Assembly (NCBI GenBank): GCA_045159875.1
Contig: CP067995.1
Span: 864,001 to 928,000, forward strand
DNA length: 64,000 nt
DNA from: a cyanobacterium endosymbiont of Rhopalodia gibba
GTDB lineage: Bacteria > Cyanobacteriota > Cyanobacteriia > Cyanobacteriales > Microcystaceae
Direction of reading: 5' to 3'
The notes under the pieces: generated by a model
Seen by the model: only the letters and a program-made list of their open reading frames with translations
Database searches by the model: none
Told to the model about the DNA's origin: nothing
Shown here: piece after piece, positions 22,666-34,558 of the stretch
Numbering within the stretch: the first letter of the stretch is position 1
Layout of the letters: every line of letters starts with the position of its first letter
Program-made: the position numbers and the translations under genes

Positions 22666-23488
22666 ATCTAAGATTAAGACTTTAACTAAATTTGGTTGCT
22701 TAACGGCTCTGATGATACGATGACAATCTGAATCGAAGTTAGCCTATTAACATTGACATCCTTAAAGATTTTCTTAAGAAAATCCTAAATAAAGTTCTGT
22801 CCGCGTTGCATCACTTTTATCCAATTTGACCTTCTGGGCAACTGATTCTATAAGAATCAGTCAAAAAACGACAAGGATGGTGGGCGGATAACCCAAAATT
22901 CCTCCCCCGAGTCGTTTCTTACTGAAAAGTTAACATTAATTCTTTAGCGATTATCAATATCTCCTTATTCGTAGAAACTACAATTAATTTACTCTGGAGT
23001 TCAGAATGAGGAAGTGAATGGTTCCGATAAAAGCAAACAAGTAGAATTATTCCTAAAGCACTATATTCTTACTAAGAGTTTTGCATTTGTTCATAAAACT
23101 ATCGACTACTAAAAATTTAGTCAAGTTTTTGCCAGTTGAGAACTTTAAGAATTACTAAATTTTCTATGTAATCACCGAAAGATAACAAGACTCTTTCTCT
23201 TTTCTAAGTAGTTTTTAGTTCATTATCGATAGACCAAAAATATAAATAAGTTATTAGGTTGTGTGATTTATTATCCAATTGTTCAGTTAACAGTCAAAAG
23301 CCAGCCGTCATGAATTTTCGATGACACCTTCTTTCTTATCCCATTTATAACCAATAAGGTGGCGTAAAATCTTAAGTGTTGCTTATACATTAAATGCTAA
23401 AGTTATAAATTTTAGCTATTTTGTTGAGCTTTTTAGGAGCAAAGCTAAAATGTTTCAACAGACCTCCTATTCCCATAGATGATTGTCC

Positions 23489-24709
23489 ATGCGTACTATC
23501 CGAGAAATTAACGAAAAAATCCTTTGCCAACAAGCGGTGGTGTGGACTGTTGAAGAACTGAAAATACGAGTACAAAATAGTAGTGTAGAACAAGTATTTG
23601 AGGAAGTAGATGTTATTTGCACCGGAACTTTTGAACCGATGGAATCTTCTGGAGCAATTATTAACTTAGGCCATACCGATCCTCCTATTAAAATTCGTCA
23701 ATGTTGGATCGAGGGAATTCCAGCCTATGCAGGATTTGGAGCGGTTGATTTATACTTAGGCTCAACGGCGATGATTGATTATGCTGTTACTGGAGAAGGA
23801 GCCGATGGAGATAATCGTCAGGGAACAGCTATATCAGAACGAGGGGGTGGTCATGTTATTGAAAATTTAATTGCCGGCCAACCTGTTTCTTTACGGGCGG
23901 TTGGCCAGGCGACTGATTGTTATCCTAGAACTTCTTTTGAGACTACTATTACCCGTGAGACTATAAATCAATTTTATTTATATAATCCGCGCAACCTATA
24001 TCAGAATTTTATTGTGGGGGTAAATGGAGGTGATTATTCCCTCTATACTTATCTTGGACCTTTACAACCTGGATTAGGCAACGCCGTTTATTCTAATCCG
24101 GGGGCGATTGGACCGCTAATCAATGATCCTAACTTAGAAGTAATTGGTATCGGAACCCGTATTTTCCTTGGCGGTGGTGTAGGTTATATTGCTTGGGAAG
24201 GGACTCAACATTTTCCTTTACAAAAACGTTTACCTAACAAAACTCCTATTGGTCCGGCAGCCACTTTAGCCTTGATCGGAGATGCTAAAGGAATGTCATC
24301 CAAATGGGTTAGGGGGTGTTACTTCCACAATTATGGCCCATCTTTAATGTTGGGAGTAGGGATTCCCTTACCGGTTCTTTCTCTCGACGTAATTAAACAT
24401 TGTGCAGTTAACGATCAGGAAATTGTCGCTCCTGTGGTAGATTTTGCTATTCCCCGTCGGGTTCGTCCCACCTTTGGTTTAGTTAATTATGCTCAACTCA
24501 AAAGTGGACAAATAAACATCGAGGGAAAAACAGTTCGAGTTGCTCCTTTAGCCAGTATTTCTCGTTCTCGACAAGTTGCCCAAGAACTCAAGCAATGGAT
24601 TCAAGCAGGAGAATTCACCTTAACCGAACCCGTGGTTTCTTTACCCAAAAATCGGGATTTTATTCCCCAAGATTTATGGGGATCTCGTATTAGTATTAGC
24701 TTGGATTAG
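23489..24709 (+). CDS. DUF39 homocysteine-biosynthesis (aspartate-semialdehyde sulfurtransferase-like) protein
   Basis: MRTIREINEKI, DVICTGTFEPMESSGA, GGGHVIENL, NPRNLYQN, GIGTRIFLGG, EGTQH. Confidence 0.85.
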   Translation: MRTIREINEKILCQQAVVWTVEELKIRVQNSSVEQVFEEVDVICTGTFEPMESSGAIINLGHTDPPIKIRQCWIEGIPAYAGFGAVDLYLGSTAMIDYAVTGEGADGDNRQGTAISERGGGHVIENLIAGQPVSLRAVGQATDCYPRTSFETTITRETINQFYLYNPRNLYQNFIVGVNGGDYSLYTYLGPLQPGLGNAVYSNPGAIGPLINDPNLEVIGIGTRIFLGGGVGYIAWEGTQHFPLQKRLPNKTPIGPAATLALIGDAKGMSSKWVRGCYFHNYGPSLMLGVGIPLPVLSLDVIKHCAVNDQEIVAPVVDFAIPRRVRPTFGLVNYAQLKSGQINIEGKTVRVAPLASISRSRQVAQELKQWIQAGEFTLTEPVVSLPKNRDFIPQDLWGSRISISLD

Positions 24710-24722
24710 ATGGGAGGGGAGC

Positions 24723-24746
24723 AGAGACGTTGCAAGCAACGTCTCT
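24723..24746. repeat. REP-like GC-rich hairpin between convergent genes
   Basis: agagacgttgc-aa-gcaacgtctct (11-bp stem), resembling the cyanobacterial GTAGAGACGTTGC..GCAACGTCTCTAC palindromic repeat. May act as a bidirectional terminator. Confidence 0.75.
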
Positions 24747-24787
24747 ATAGTTTGGTATATAAAGTGATACCTTCACTAAGGTAGAAT

Positions 24788-25741
24788 CTAGCTTCCCCAC
24801 ATTTTGACCATAATAATTTCTGGTGGAATATCAGCTACCTTATCAGTAGAGGATTGAATGCCAATATAACGCTCAGATCCCAATGGTAAAAGTTTTGTTG
24901 AGTCTGTAGGTCCAAACAGAGCAAAGGTATAGGTCCCTACGGCTACGGCTAACTGAAGAGGATCACTATCGGTACAAAGGATTGAATTAGCCCCTGCGAT
25001 AATAGCTGCCAGTTTACCAACATCACCAGGTCGAGTAACTTTGAGCATAGGATAATTTTCTTGCATCAAGATGCTTTGCTCCGAATTATTGCTATCTTGC
25101 AATAAGACTACTGATAAATTTGGCTGTTTTTGTTTAAAACTATCGATAATAGTTCTCCATTTCTCAACTGGATAAATAGCTTTAGACTCTTGAGGAATTT
25201 GACTCGAACCGTTGTAGAGTAACATGTAATTATCTTTCAGGTTAAGTCGTTGCTGTTCAGCTCGCGCCCAGTCAATATCTTCCGTCGGGACGGCAATTTT
25301 TAGAGGAGGACAAGAAGATTGAATTCCAAAACCGGTTAGCAGGTCGTGGGCAACATGGGGAGCGTACTGTTTTGTTTTAAGAGGGACAGGATTAGATACA
25401 AACCAGGAGGTTTGGCTTCGATACCCAATTCTTAAAGGAATGCCATTCAACCATAAAAGTAGGTCAATGGTCCACTTTTGTCCTAAGTTAAAAGCGATAT
25501 CATATTCGCGATCGCGAATCATACCTAAGACGTTTAAATATTCAGCTAATCCATTGCGATCTTGATAATTAAAGATGAGAACTTCATGGACACAGGGACA
25601 CACCCGATAAGCTGATTTAGCACGGGGTTCAACCATGACATCAATTGTGGCGTTTGGATATTGGGTTTTGAGAGCTTCGAGGGTAGGAAAAAATAAGATT
25701 TGGTCGCCAACTCCCCCAGGAACAAGGGTTAATATTCGCAT
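24788..25741 (-). CDS. Glycosyltransferase family 9 (LPS heptosyltransferase-like)
   Basis: MRILTLVPGGVGDQILFFP, YPVEKW, CTDSDPLQLAVAVG, ALFGPT. Confidence 0.9.
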   Translation of the reverse strand: MRILTLVPGGVGDQILFFPTLEALKTQYPNATIDVMVEPRAKSAYRVCPCVHEVLIFNYQDRNGLAEYLNVLGMIRDREYDIAFNLGQKWTIDLLLWLNGIPLRIGYRSQTSWFVSNPVPLKTKQYAPHVAHDLLTGFGIQSSCPPLKIAVPTEDIDWARAEQQRLNLKDNYMLLYNGSSQIPQESKAIYPVEKWRTIIDSFKQKQPNLSVVLLQDSNNSEQSILMQENYPMLKVTRPGDVGKLAAIIAGANSILCTDSDPLQLAVAVGTYTFALFGPTDSTKLLPLGSERYIGIQSSTDKVADIPPEIIMVKMWGS

Positions 25742-25870
25742 AGGCACGATCCTTAGATTAATAATCTATCAGCTTAATCACAGCACAACAGATTCATTCT
25801 AAGGTAAGATTCCCCTAAATCCCTTATCTATTCAGAATAAATTCTTTTTATAAGTAAAAGTTATTTCATT

Positions 25871-25911
25871 CTCCCAAGTAGCTATAAGTTGAACTTATAG
25901 CTACTTGGGAG
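25871..25911. repeat. Palindrome, 20-bp perfect arms, 1-nt centre
   Basis: ctcccaagtagctataagtt-g-aacttatagctacttgggag. Confidence 0.97.
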
Positions 25912-25948
25912 GATCTGTCATGTAAAAATTAAAAATATGGAAATAAAG

Positions 25949-25968
25949 TTTGATTATTAATAATCAAA
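25949..25968. repeat. Perfect 20-bp palindrome
   Basis: tttgattatt|aataatcaaa. Confidence 0.9.
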
Positions 25969-28081
25969 TCAATGAAAGCTAAAACTGCTATTTATATGAT
26001 ATTAAAATAGATTTTATTTTTTTAAAAAATAATGTTAATTGTAAGATTTTCACTTAATTTATACCTATTTAAATACTAAACTCAGTTTAATAAATGAGAT
26101 CTTAAATTTAAGAAGATATACCATTTTCCATAATTCAGATTTTAAATGAGATAGAAATAATTTTATTTATCAAAAAATATACCAAACAGCAACTTATATT
26201 TATGAGCAGTCTAATTGCCAGAAAACTTTATCACAAAAGTGAATTAACTATAAAAAATTTGTATTAAGCAAAAAAACTGTTTAATTTAAGGTTAATTCTT
26301 GTTAAGTTGATGTGACTTATATAGAAAGTTTTACGAAAAAAATTGTAATTTTTTTACTAAAATATGTGTTAAAGAACTGAATACACAAATTTTAACAAAT
26401 AATAATACCAGAAATATTACTAAGAAGAGTAAAGTAAGTCAACAAAAACAGAAATATCTTTCAAAGAGGTCAAGACAATAGTAATAAGGAAACTCATATA
26501 TTGAAACAGTTAGCAATCTATTAAATTAGTGTCTTTACAAGAAAGATAAATTATTATCCAATGATAGTAACTTTAGACAGAGTATTAAACATAAAAAGTA
26601 TAAAAAAGAACTATTTAAGATAGGATCTCAAATAGTTCTAAACTTTGCCAAAAAAACTGTAACTTTCAGACTACATGTGTCTTATTCTTATTTTTTTAAA
26701 AAAATCATGTAAATGAATTAATAAATCAGACTAAAATAGTAGTAAATATTCTTTGCAAAGAACAAGTCAATAACTAATTAAATTATAAAAAAATAAATTA
26801 AAAATTAAAAATGTCTAAAAAACTAGATTGTAAAAATATTTTAGGGGTTTTTAAAAGTAAATATATTTTTTTAAAAAAGACAAAAATTTAAAGAAGAGAA
26901 CAAAAAGTTAAATAGATTAAGTATATAAAATATATATTTTTTCTAATAAAACTCTAGTTAAAAACTATAAATAATACATTAAATAAAGATAAAATTAAAT
27001 ATTAAAACTATTTAAATTAAAAATATTTAAATCACTCATTTTCTATCTTTTTTAACAAGAAATAGAAAATATAAATAATAAAATTAAAGTTAGTTAGAAT
27101 AAATTTTATGGATTTTAAAAAATGTGTAAATTTTCAATTTTTTTAGAAGATAAAAATACATAACCCATGGAAGAGATAAACTATGTAAAAATTCTAATCT
27201 TACTTTATCTAAAGGTAGTTTTTTTGAAAAAATTTTTATGACTTTTTATATAAAGAGATATTTTAATTTAAAAAAATATAAAATCAATAAATACAGTTTT
27301 ATAAACACAGTTTTTCTTTTAAAAAAGAACTGTATGTTCACAACTAGTTTATTAAAACTAAAATAGTTTATTTTAAATAAAACTTAAATCACAATCAAAT
27401 ATTAATTAATATAAATCAAATCTATAAATCATGTCTTCAAAAGTTCTATTCTCTAACATTGTAGTTTATTTTTTTTAAAAAAACCTCTAAAAACTAAGTC
27501 AGAGGAACAGACCTAAAAAAACACAGGTATCTCTTTCTCTTATAAAAAAAGTTAGTCTTATAGTCTCTACATCAAGAAAAAATTGATTTCTGGAGAGTAA
27601 GTAGTCAAAAATTTGCTTAATAACGAGAATTATCGGCATATCACATTTCTTAAGCGAAAAATTTTGGGGACTCATAATAAGGATAATTATGGTAGAAAAG
27701 AAAAAAAATAGTATAATTGTAAATCGGAGCTATAAAAGCATCCCAGGGACCCTGTGTAGTCATTATCTCTATGGTTTTAGGCGCTGTTTCCATAGTTAAA
27801 GACTATTTTTTAGTTAATTTTCTTAAAAAAATCCAAAAGTGATGAATTTTCGTTTTCTTCAAACAAGTTACTTATTGAAGTGTAGTCCTCCATTTTAGAA
27901 ATAAAAGTATTGTTATAAATAAGAAATTTTAGTACTTCCTTTATAATAATCGACAAGTCTATGGATTAAAGTGCTGTGACACCCAAGTTGTAGCGGGATT
28001 ATCTATTCTGGAATGGAAATTTTGTCCGGGTTTAACCATCTACCATCTATAATCTCTGATCTTTTATTCAAACATAAAGTT

Positions 28082-29965
28082 ATGAAACCACAAGCAGATT
28101 CACAGTTTGACTACGTTAAGATCAATTTAGCCTCTCCAGAGCGCGTTCGTCAGTGGGGAGAAAGAAGTCTTCCCAATGGTGTGGTGGTCGGAGAAGTTAC
28201 TAAACCGGAGACCATTAACTACCGGACTCTAAAACCAGAAATGGATGGCTTATTCTGTGAACGTATTTTTGGACCTTCCAAAGACTGGGAATGTTGGTGT
28301 GGTAAATATAAGCGGGTACGTCATCGAGGAATTGTCTGCGAACGGTGTGGCGTAGAGGTAACAGAATCTCGGGTGCGTCGCCATCGTATGGGTTTTATTA
28401 AATTAGCGGCTTCTGTTACCCACGTTTGGTATCTTAAGGGAATTCCAAGTTACTTGAGTATCCTTTTAGATATGGCTTTGCGGGATGTTGAACAAATTGT
28501 CTATTTCAACTCCTATGTTGTCCTTGATCCAGGTAATGCCAGTAACCTATCCTACAAACAACTCTTAACCGAGGATCAATGGATTGAAATCGAAGATCAA
28601 ATTTACGCTGAAGACTCTGAGCTGCATGGGATTGAGGTCGGCATTGGTGCAGAAGCTATTCAACGGTTATTACGAGAAATTAATTTAGATGAAGTTGCTG
28701 AAAGACTCCGAGAAGAAATTCTCGAAAGTAAAGGACAAAAACGAGCTAAATTAATTAAACGGTTACGGGTCATTGATAACTTCATTGCGACAGAATCTCG
28801 ACCAGAATGGATGGTATTAGAAGTGATTCCGGTCATTCCTCCTGATTTACGTCCTATGGTTCAGCTGGATGGGGGTCGTTTTGCGACCTCTGACCTCAAT
28901 GATCTTTATCGACGGGTGATTAACCGGAATAATCGTCTCGCCCGTTTGCAGGAAATTTTAGCTCCTGAAATCATTGTTCGCAACGAAAAACGGATGTTGC
29001 AAGAGGCAGTTGATGCACTAATTGATAATGGACGGCGAGGACGTACGGTTGTGGGGGCAAATAATCGTGCATTAAAATCACTCTCGGATATTATCGAAGG
29101 GAAGCAAGGTCGCTTCCGTCAAAATCTCTTAGGAAAACGAGTAGACTATTCTGGACGCTCAGTTATTGTCGTTGGTCCTAAGCTAAAGATCTATCAGTGT
29201 GGCTTACCAAGGGAAATGGCAATTGAGCTATTCCAACCTTTCGTTATTCATCGCTTGATTCGTTTAGGGTTAGTTAATAATATTAAGGCCGCTAAAAAGC
29301 TGATTGTTCGTGAAGAACCTAACGTATGGAATGTTCTAGAAGAAGTCATTACGGGTCACCCCGTCATGCTGAATCGTGCGCCAACTTTGCACCGTTTAGG
29401 AATTCAAGCTTTTGAACCGATTTTAGTAGAGGGTCGGGCAATTCAGTTACACCCGTTGGTCTGTCCGGCGTTTAACGCTGACTTTGATGGCGACCAAATG
29501 GCAGTTCATGTTCCCCTTTCATTAGAATCTCAATCTGAAGCACGATTACTGATGTTAGCCTGTCATAACATTCTGTCACCTGCGACAGGTAGGCCGATTG
29601 TGGCTCCTTCTCAGGATATGGTATTGGGATGTTATTATCTCACTGCTGAAAATCCAAAAGCACAAAAAGGAGCAGGTAACTATTTTGGGAGTTTTGATGA
29701 CGCGCTAAAAGCTTACGAACAGGAAAAATTAGATTTACATGCTTATATTTGGCTCCGTATTGCTGTAGATGAAAAAGTAGTCAGTTTCAAACCTGATGAA
29801 GAGGTTCTTAAAACAGAGACCCTAGACGATGGAAGTTTGGTCAAACATTACCGCGAACGTCGAACGCGGGAAAAGGATGGGGAAATTCTCGCCCAATTTA
29901 TTCGTACTACCCCAGGTCGAATTATCTACAATAAAACTATTCAGGATGCACTAGTTACTATTTAG
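28082..29965 (+). CDS. rpoC1: RNA polymerase gamma subunit (cyanobacterial split beta')
   Basis: [25 protein letters not shown], Zn-finger CWC..CERC, catalytic NADFDGD. Ends at about 627 aa as expected for RpoC1. ATG at 28082 preferred over 28013. Confidence 0.97.
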   Translation: MKPQADSQFDYVKINLASPERVRQWGERSLPNGVVVGEVTKPETINYRTLKPEMDGLFCERIFGPSKDWECWCGKYKRVRHRGIVCERCGVEVTESRVRRHRMGFIKLAASVTHVWYLKGIPSYLSILLDMALRDVEQIVYFNSYVVLDPGNASNLSYKQLLTEDQWIEIEDQIYAEDSELHGIEVGIGAEAIQRLLREINLDEVAERLREEILESKGQKRAKLIKRLRVIDNFIATESRPEWMVLEVIPVIPPDLRPMVQLDGGRFATSDLNDLYRRVINRNNRLARLQEILAPEIIVRNEKRMLQEAVDALIDNGRRGRTVVGANNRALKSLSDIIEGKQGRFRQNLLGKRVDYSGRSVIVVGPKLKIYQCGLPREMAIELFQPFVIHRLIRLGLVNNIKAAKKLIVREEPNVWNVLEEVITGHPVMLNRAPTLHRLGIQAFEPILVEGRAIQLHPLVCPAFNADFDGDQMAVHVPLSLESQSEARLLMLACHNILSPATGRPIVAPSQDMVLGCYYLTAENPKAQKGAGNYFGSFDDALKAYEQEKLDLHAYIWLRIAVDEKVVSFKPDEEVLKTETLDDGSLVKHYRERRTREKDGEILAQFIRTTPGRIIYNKTIQDALVTI

Positions 29966-30003
29966 ATTGACTGTCTTCTCAACAAATAGACTTTTTGTAA
30001 TGT

Positions 30004-30037
30004 AGTGGTTGGGAATCTAATTCCTAACCACTTTTTT
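30004..30037 (+). terminator. Intrinsic terminator after rpoC1
   Basis: agtggttgggaat-cta-attcctaaccact (13 bp, one G-U pair) running into a T6 tract. Confidence 0.8.
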
Positions 30038-30066
30038 AATAGTTAATATTTATTCTCTAAATTAAA

Positions 30067-31671
30067 GTGACTGTATTTAACCAAGAACATTTATTATTCA
30101 CTCCTGCAACTCCTGAATCTGACGCCATACCTACTATTTTTGCTTTTCCTAATAAGTACACTATAGGAATTACTAGTTTGGGCTATCAATTAGTTTGGAG
30201 AACTTTGGCGTTAAGATCGGATGTTGATATCAGTCGTTTATTTACAGATATTTATGAACCTTTACCTCTGTCACCTGAACTTTTTGGCTTTTCTTTTTCT
30301 TGGGAATTAGACTATATCAATATTCTGAATCTTCTAGAATCTTTCGAGATTTCTCTTTATAGTAATGAACGAAATAATCATCAACCTTTAGTATTTGGCG
30401 GAGGTACAGTGTTAACTGCTAACCCTGAACCGTTTGCTGCCTTTTTTGATGTAATTTTATTGGGAGATGGAGAAGAGTTATTGGATAGTTTCATTGATGC
30501 TTATAAAGAAATCAGAACAGCTGATCGTCAAATCAAATTACGATATTTAGCTAATATACCAGGAGTTTATATTCCCAGTTTATATGAAGTGACTTATTAT
30601 AGCCTTGATGGTGGAGTCAAATCGATTGAGCCAATTAACAATGACATTCCAAATATTATTCAAAAACAAACCTATAAAAGTAACACATTACCTGCTTCGA
30701 CAGTAGTTACAGAGAAGGCTGCTTGGGAAAATATTTATATGGTAGAAGTAGTAAGAAGTTGTCCTGAAATGTGTCGTTTTTGTCTTGCTAGTTATTTAAC
30801 ATTACCCTTTCGGACAGCTAGCTTAGAAGGTTCTTTAATTCCCGCTATTGAAAAGGGTTTGACAGTAACAAATAGAATTGGATTGTTAGGTCCGTCTATC
30901 ACCCAACATCCTGAATTTGAAATTTTACTAGATTATTTATCACAATCAAAATATGAAGATGTTCGCCTTAGTATTGCTTCAGTTCGAACTAATACAGTTA
31001 CTGAAAAGTTAGCTAGAACTTTAGCTAATAGGGGAACTCGTTCGATTACTATTGCAATTGAAAGTGGATCAGAGCAAATTAGGAAAATAATCAATAAAAA
31101 ATTAACTAACAAAGAAATAATTCAAGCAGCAATTAATGCTAAAGCAGGGGGATTGAAAGCAATAAAATTTTATGGCATGGTGGGACTTCCTAAGGAAGAA
31201 GACTCAGATATAGAAGCTACTATTAGAATCTTAGAAGATGTTAGAAAAGTTGCACCGGGATTAAAATTAACCTTTGGTTGCAGTACCTTTGTCCCTAAAT
31301 CTCACACTCCATTTCAATGGCTTGGTGTTAATAACAATGCAAAAAAAAGACTGAAATATTTAGAAAAACAGTTGGGAAAAAGAGGAATTAATTTCCGTCC
31401 AGAAAGCTACAATTGGTCCTTGGTTCAAGCTCTAATTTCTAGGGGTGATCGTCGCTTATCAAAGTTATTAGAGTTAACCCGAAATTATGGAGATACATTA
31501 GGAAGTTATAAACGAGTATTTAAAGAGTTAAAAGAAGAATTACCTCCCTTAGATTTTTATGTTCATAAAGATTGGAAAAGAGAGCAAATATTGCCTTGGC
31601 ATCATTTACATGGACCACTATCACAACAAACTTTAATGAAGCATTTAAATGAATCCATGAGTAATACTTAA
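30067..31671 (+). CDS. Radical SAM protein with B12-binding-like N-terminal domain
   Basis: AFPNKYTIGITSLGYQ, FSFSWELDY, ANPEPFA..GDGE, CPEMCRFC, FVPKSHTPFQW. Confidence 0.88.
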   Translation: MTVFNQEHLLFTPATPESDAIPTIFAFPNKYTIGITSLGYQLVWRTLALRSDVDISRLFTDIYEPLPLSPELFGFSFSWELDYINILNLLESFEISLYSNERNNHQPLVFGGGTVLTANPEPFAAFFDVILLGDGEELLDSFIDAYKEIRTADRQIKLRYLANIPGVYIPSLYEVTYYSLDGGVKSIEPINNDIPNIIQKQTYKSNTLPASTVVTEKAAWENIYMVEVVRSCPEMCRFCLASYLTLPFRTASLEGSLIPAIEKGLTVTNRIGLLGPSITQHPEFEILLDYLSQSKYEDVRLSIASVRTNTVTEKLARTLANRGTRSITIAIESGSEQIRKIINKKLTNKEIIQAAINAKAGGLKAIKFYGMVGLPKEEDSDIEATIRILEDVRKVAPGLKLTFGCSTFVPKSHTPFQWLGVNNNAKKRLKYLEKQLGKRGINFRPESYNWSLVQALISRGDRRLSKLLELTRNYGDTLGSYKRVFKELKEELPPLDFYVHKDWKREQILPWHHLHGPLSQQTLMKHLNESMSNT

Positions 31672-32902
31672 AGATTACTGTTTACAGTAAATCGAATTAA
31701 ATAAACATCAGAATAATATTTTTTTTTAAAAAAAATTAATTTAGAGATGACTAAAAAAATATATATATTAAAAAATAAACGAACTAGTCTCAAAAAACAT
31801 AAAAAATAGCTAAAAATAGAAGGTTACATTATAGATAAATATGTAATCAATAATAGATAAGATTATCAACATGCAACAATTAGACATAATTAGAAATACT
31901 ATACTCTAAGATGTAGCTACTTTACAGTTTAATTCATTAACTATAACTAACAAATATATTTTTTATCAAAAAAACTACTTCTCATAAGAAATAAATGACT
32001 AGGTAAATAGTATAAGAAACTGGATTAAAGAATGATATCATCTGGTTCTCTAGCTTTAAGTAAAATTTAAAATTAGTAGTCTTTTGTGAAGCATTTACTT
32101 AAACAAAGACTGCTTTTTTTAAAAAAATTAGAGAATGTATATACGTTGGCATTCAAAATTATCTTAATTTTTTTGCTTCATGTTATTATTCTTTCTATCT
32201 TTACTCAAGAGACAACAATTAGATATTACTAGTTAACTTTGCGAAAGTTAATATAATAATGGAAATAGCTGTGATTAGTATAGTCTCCCTATTAATATTC
32301 ATTTAAGATATATTGACTATTACTAATCAACCCAGCAGTGAATGCTAATCACTTGAACAATGAAATTAGCAAACTTAGACAATATAGAAATGAGTCGTAT
32401 CGTCAAAATTGCATTGGTATATTGAATACTCTTTAAAACAATTAAGTCTAGATTCAATTTTATCTAAGAGAAAAATAAGTTATTCTCTTAATGCGACGTA
32501 CTATGAAAACGTCTAGTTTTAATACATCGCAAAAAGTATGTGCTGAAGGTAAAACTAAACACAAACTAAAAATAAACTTTTTTGCTTAACTTTTTAAGTT
32601 AAAAATAAAAACCCATAGCTTTTTTTCTTAACAAGGCAAATTTATGTAATTATTCGATTTTAAAATCGTTAAATAACTACATTACAGTAACAATAATTTA
32701 TATTAGCATTATCTGCTATAAGTTACAAATATCATAATAACATTTTTTGAGCTATATTTTAAATATTTCTTTTATTTTTATTCATTTTTAATTATTTTCT
32801 AAAATTAGCTTTTCATTAAATAATTTAATTTATGTTTTTTTTATATTTTTCCTAGAATATCTAAGAGAAGAAGACCTCCCACAGGTAACAAATATAACAA
32901 CC

Positions 32903-32948
32903 TCTAAAAGTAACTAATACAATATATATTGTATTAGTTACTTTTAGA
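32903..32948. repeat. Perfect 46-bp palindrome, no spacer
   Basis: tctaaaagtaactaatacaatat|atattgtattagttacttttaga. Confidence 0.97.
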
Positions 32949-33566
32949 AAAAATAGAATATCTTTCTAGATAATATTCTAGCATTGGTGAAATCATCACT
33001 TTAGTATTAGAGATAATTTTACCAAAAGCTTGATAGCATCCCAATACTGATTTGATCTTTCTTGACTTTAGCTAAATCAACTACTATTATTGTTACAGAT
33101 TTTTAGTAAAATTAATTTCTATTATTACCAAATAAAATAAAGCCTAAATAAAAATATTAAAAATTAGTTATTTTTAGATTATAGTTATCTCATAAGTTTT
33201 GCGAATCTTTAGTCAATTATTTTTCTGAACTAACTAAATAATTTTTAGCTTTTTTATTGATTATTTCACAAGTTAATTAATGGTATTGAGCTTAAATATT
33301 ACCGATAATATAAAAAAAAATTGTTCTGAGATAAGCAGAGCATTCTTCCATGATCCTTCTTCAGAATCAAAGTATAATTCATATTTCACTCTTTGAGTAT
33401 AATTCGATTTAGAAAAACTACAAACGGTAGATAATGTCGTCCTACATTCAGTGCCAGTATCCATGATTAGTCTAGATAATCTATATTTATTTCAAATCAT
33501 TCACATTCCTAATAAAATTTAGATTTAGAGGTTGCACTTTTAGCATAGATAAAACTTATGCCAAAA

Positions 33567-33593
33567 GTGATTATGTTCTAGAACATAGATCAC
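33567..33593. repeat. Near-perfect palindrome (16-bp perfect core plus 5-bp flanks, 1-nt bulge)
   Basis: gtgat-tatgttct|agaacata-g-atcac. Confidence 0.85.
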
Positions 33594-33826
33594 AATAACA
33601 GCAACATCAGCCTTTAGGAAAAGTTTTCTTAAATGAATCTTCCAGATATTTATTGAATATGCTAATAGGTGTTTTATTTCAAGTTGTTAACGCTCAATCG
33701 ATTCAACCATACCACTTTTAATTAGTACAACTCCCAATTGATAATTGAGACTCAACTCAGACATAGTAAATTTTTGTTGTTTGAAATTCTTTCCTTTTCT
33801 GAAAAAAGAAACAAGTTAATTTAAAG

Positions 33827-34558
33827 TTACCAGTTATTTTCCGACCAAACTGGATGAGTAAATAAAGAAGCTGTAACCCGGACTCCTCTCAGTTGATTTA
33901 ATAGAGGAAAATGTCCTACAGGTGCGCTTAAATCCCAGGTAAACTCATTGGGATCAAACGTCCAATTATTACCTTTTTTCCAACCAATTTTTGTCCATAA
34001 TTTAGTAAAGTCTTTTCTTACAGATAGCCACAGTTTCCGTTGTACTGAGAAGCCAAATCTTCCCTCTGAATAAACCCACCACAGAGAATTAATAGTATGC
34101 CAATCAGTAGTAGGGAATTGTTCAACTTCAGTGAAATAAACCCATTTACGCTTAACTGATGCCTCTCCTGCTAATTCACATAGCTTTTTTTGTGTAACAG
34201 TATCAGCGTCTTTAAATTTTTGATTAATGAGCAAGTCCTTGAGGAGTTGATAATCAATGTTGCATTCTGACTCAAGAGGAACAACCCCATAAGGAAAATT
34301 AATTTGTAAAAATTCTTGAATTTTTGGTACTTTTACTTGGTAAAGGGCTTGATACGCCTTCCCTATTACTATATAGGGAAGGCGTATCTTCAATAACAGC
34401 AAAAATATCATTAATACTTCCCAACTTCTTTCCCCCATATTTATCAACTGGGAAATCGTCTGAAGCTGTTTTTTAGTGGACTCTACTAACAACTTACTCA
34501 CCTCTAGTGAAAAATTATCTCTTGTATTCTAAACTGCAGCGATGTTTTGCTCAGTCAT
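33827..34558 (-). pseudogene. gun4: GUN4/Ycf53 Mg-chelatase activator; probable incipient pseudogene or N-truncated CDS (ORF 33827-34501)
   Basis: GUN4 core (IDYQLL..L, KLCELAG, RKWVYFTEV, WWVYSEGRFGFSVQRKLW, SAPVGH.PL.NQLRG). An in-frame ATG at 34558 is followed by TAG at codon 10 (34529-34531); only a GTG at 34501 remains as a start. Confidence 0.75.

Noticed and set aside
25920..27600. Extremely AT-rich tract as a possible replication origin or foreign island
   Set aside because: No clustered DnaA boxes, iterons, integrase or terminal repeats seen. Similar tracts recur throughout the window, consistent with terminal pseudogene decay.
28082..29965. rpoC1 standing alone, without rpoB/rpoC2
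   Set aside because: Separation of rpoC1 from rpoB-rpoC2 is already known in Synechocystis-related unicellular cyanobacteria, so it is not a novel rearrangement.
33273..33464. 63-aa ORF downstream of gun4
   Set aside because: No family recognised. It could be a fragment of a lost gene but cannot be supported from the sequence.
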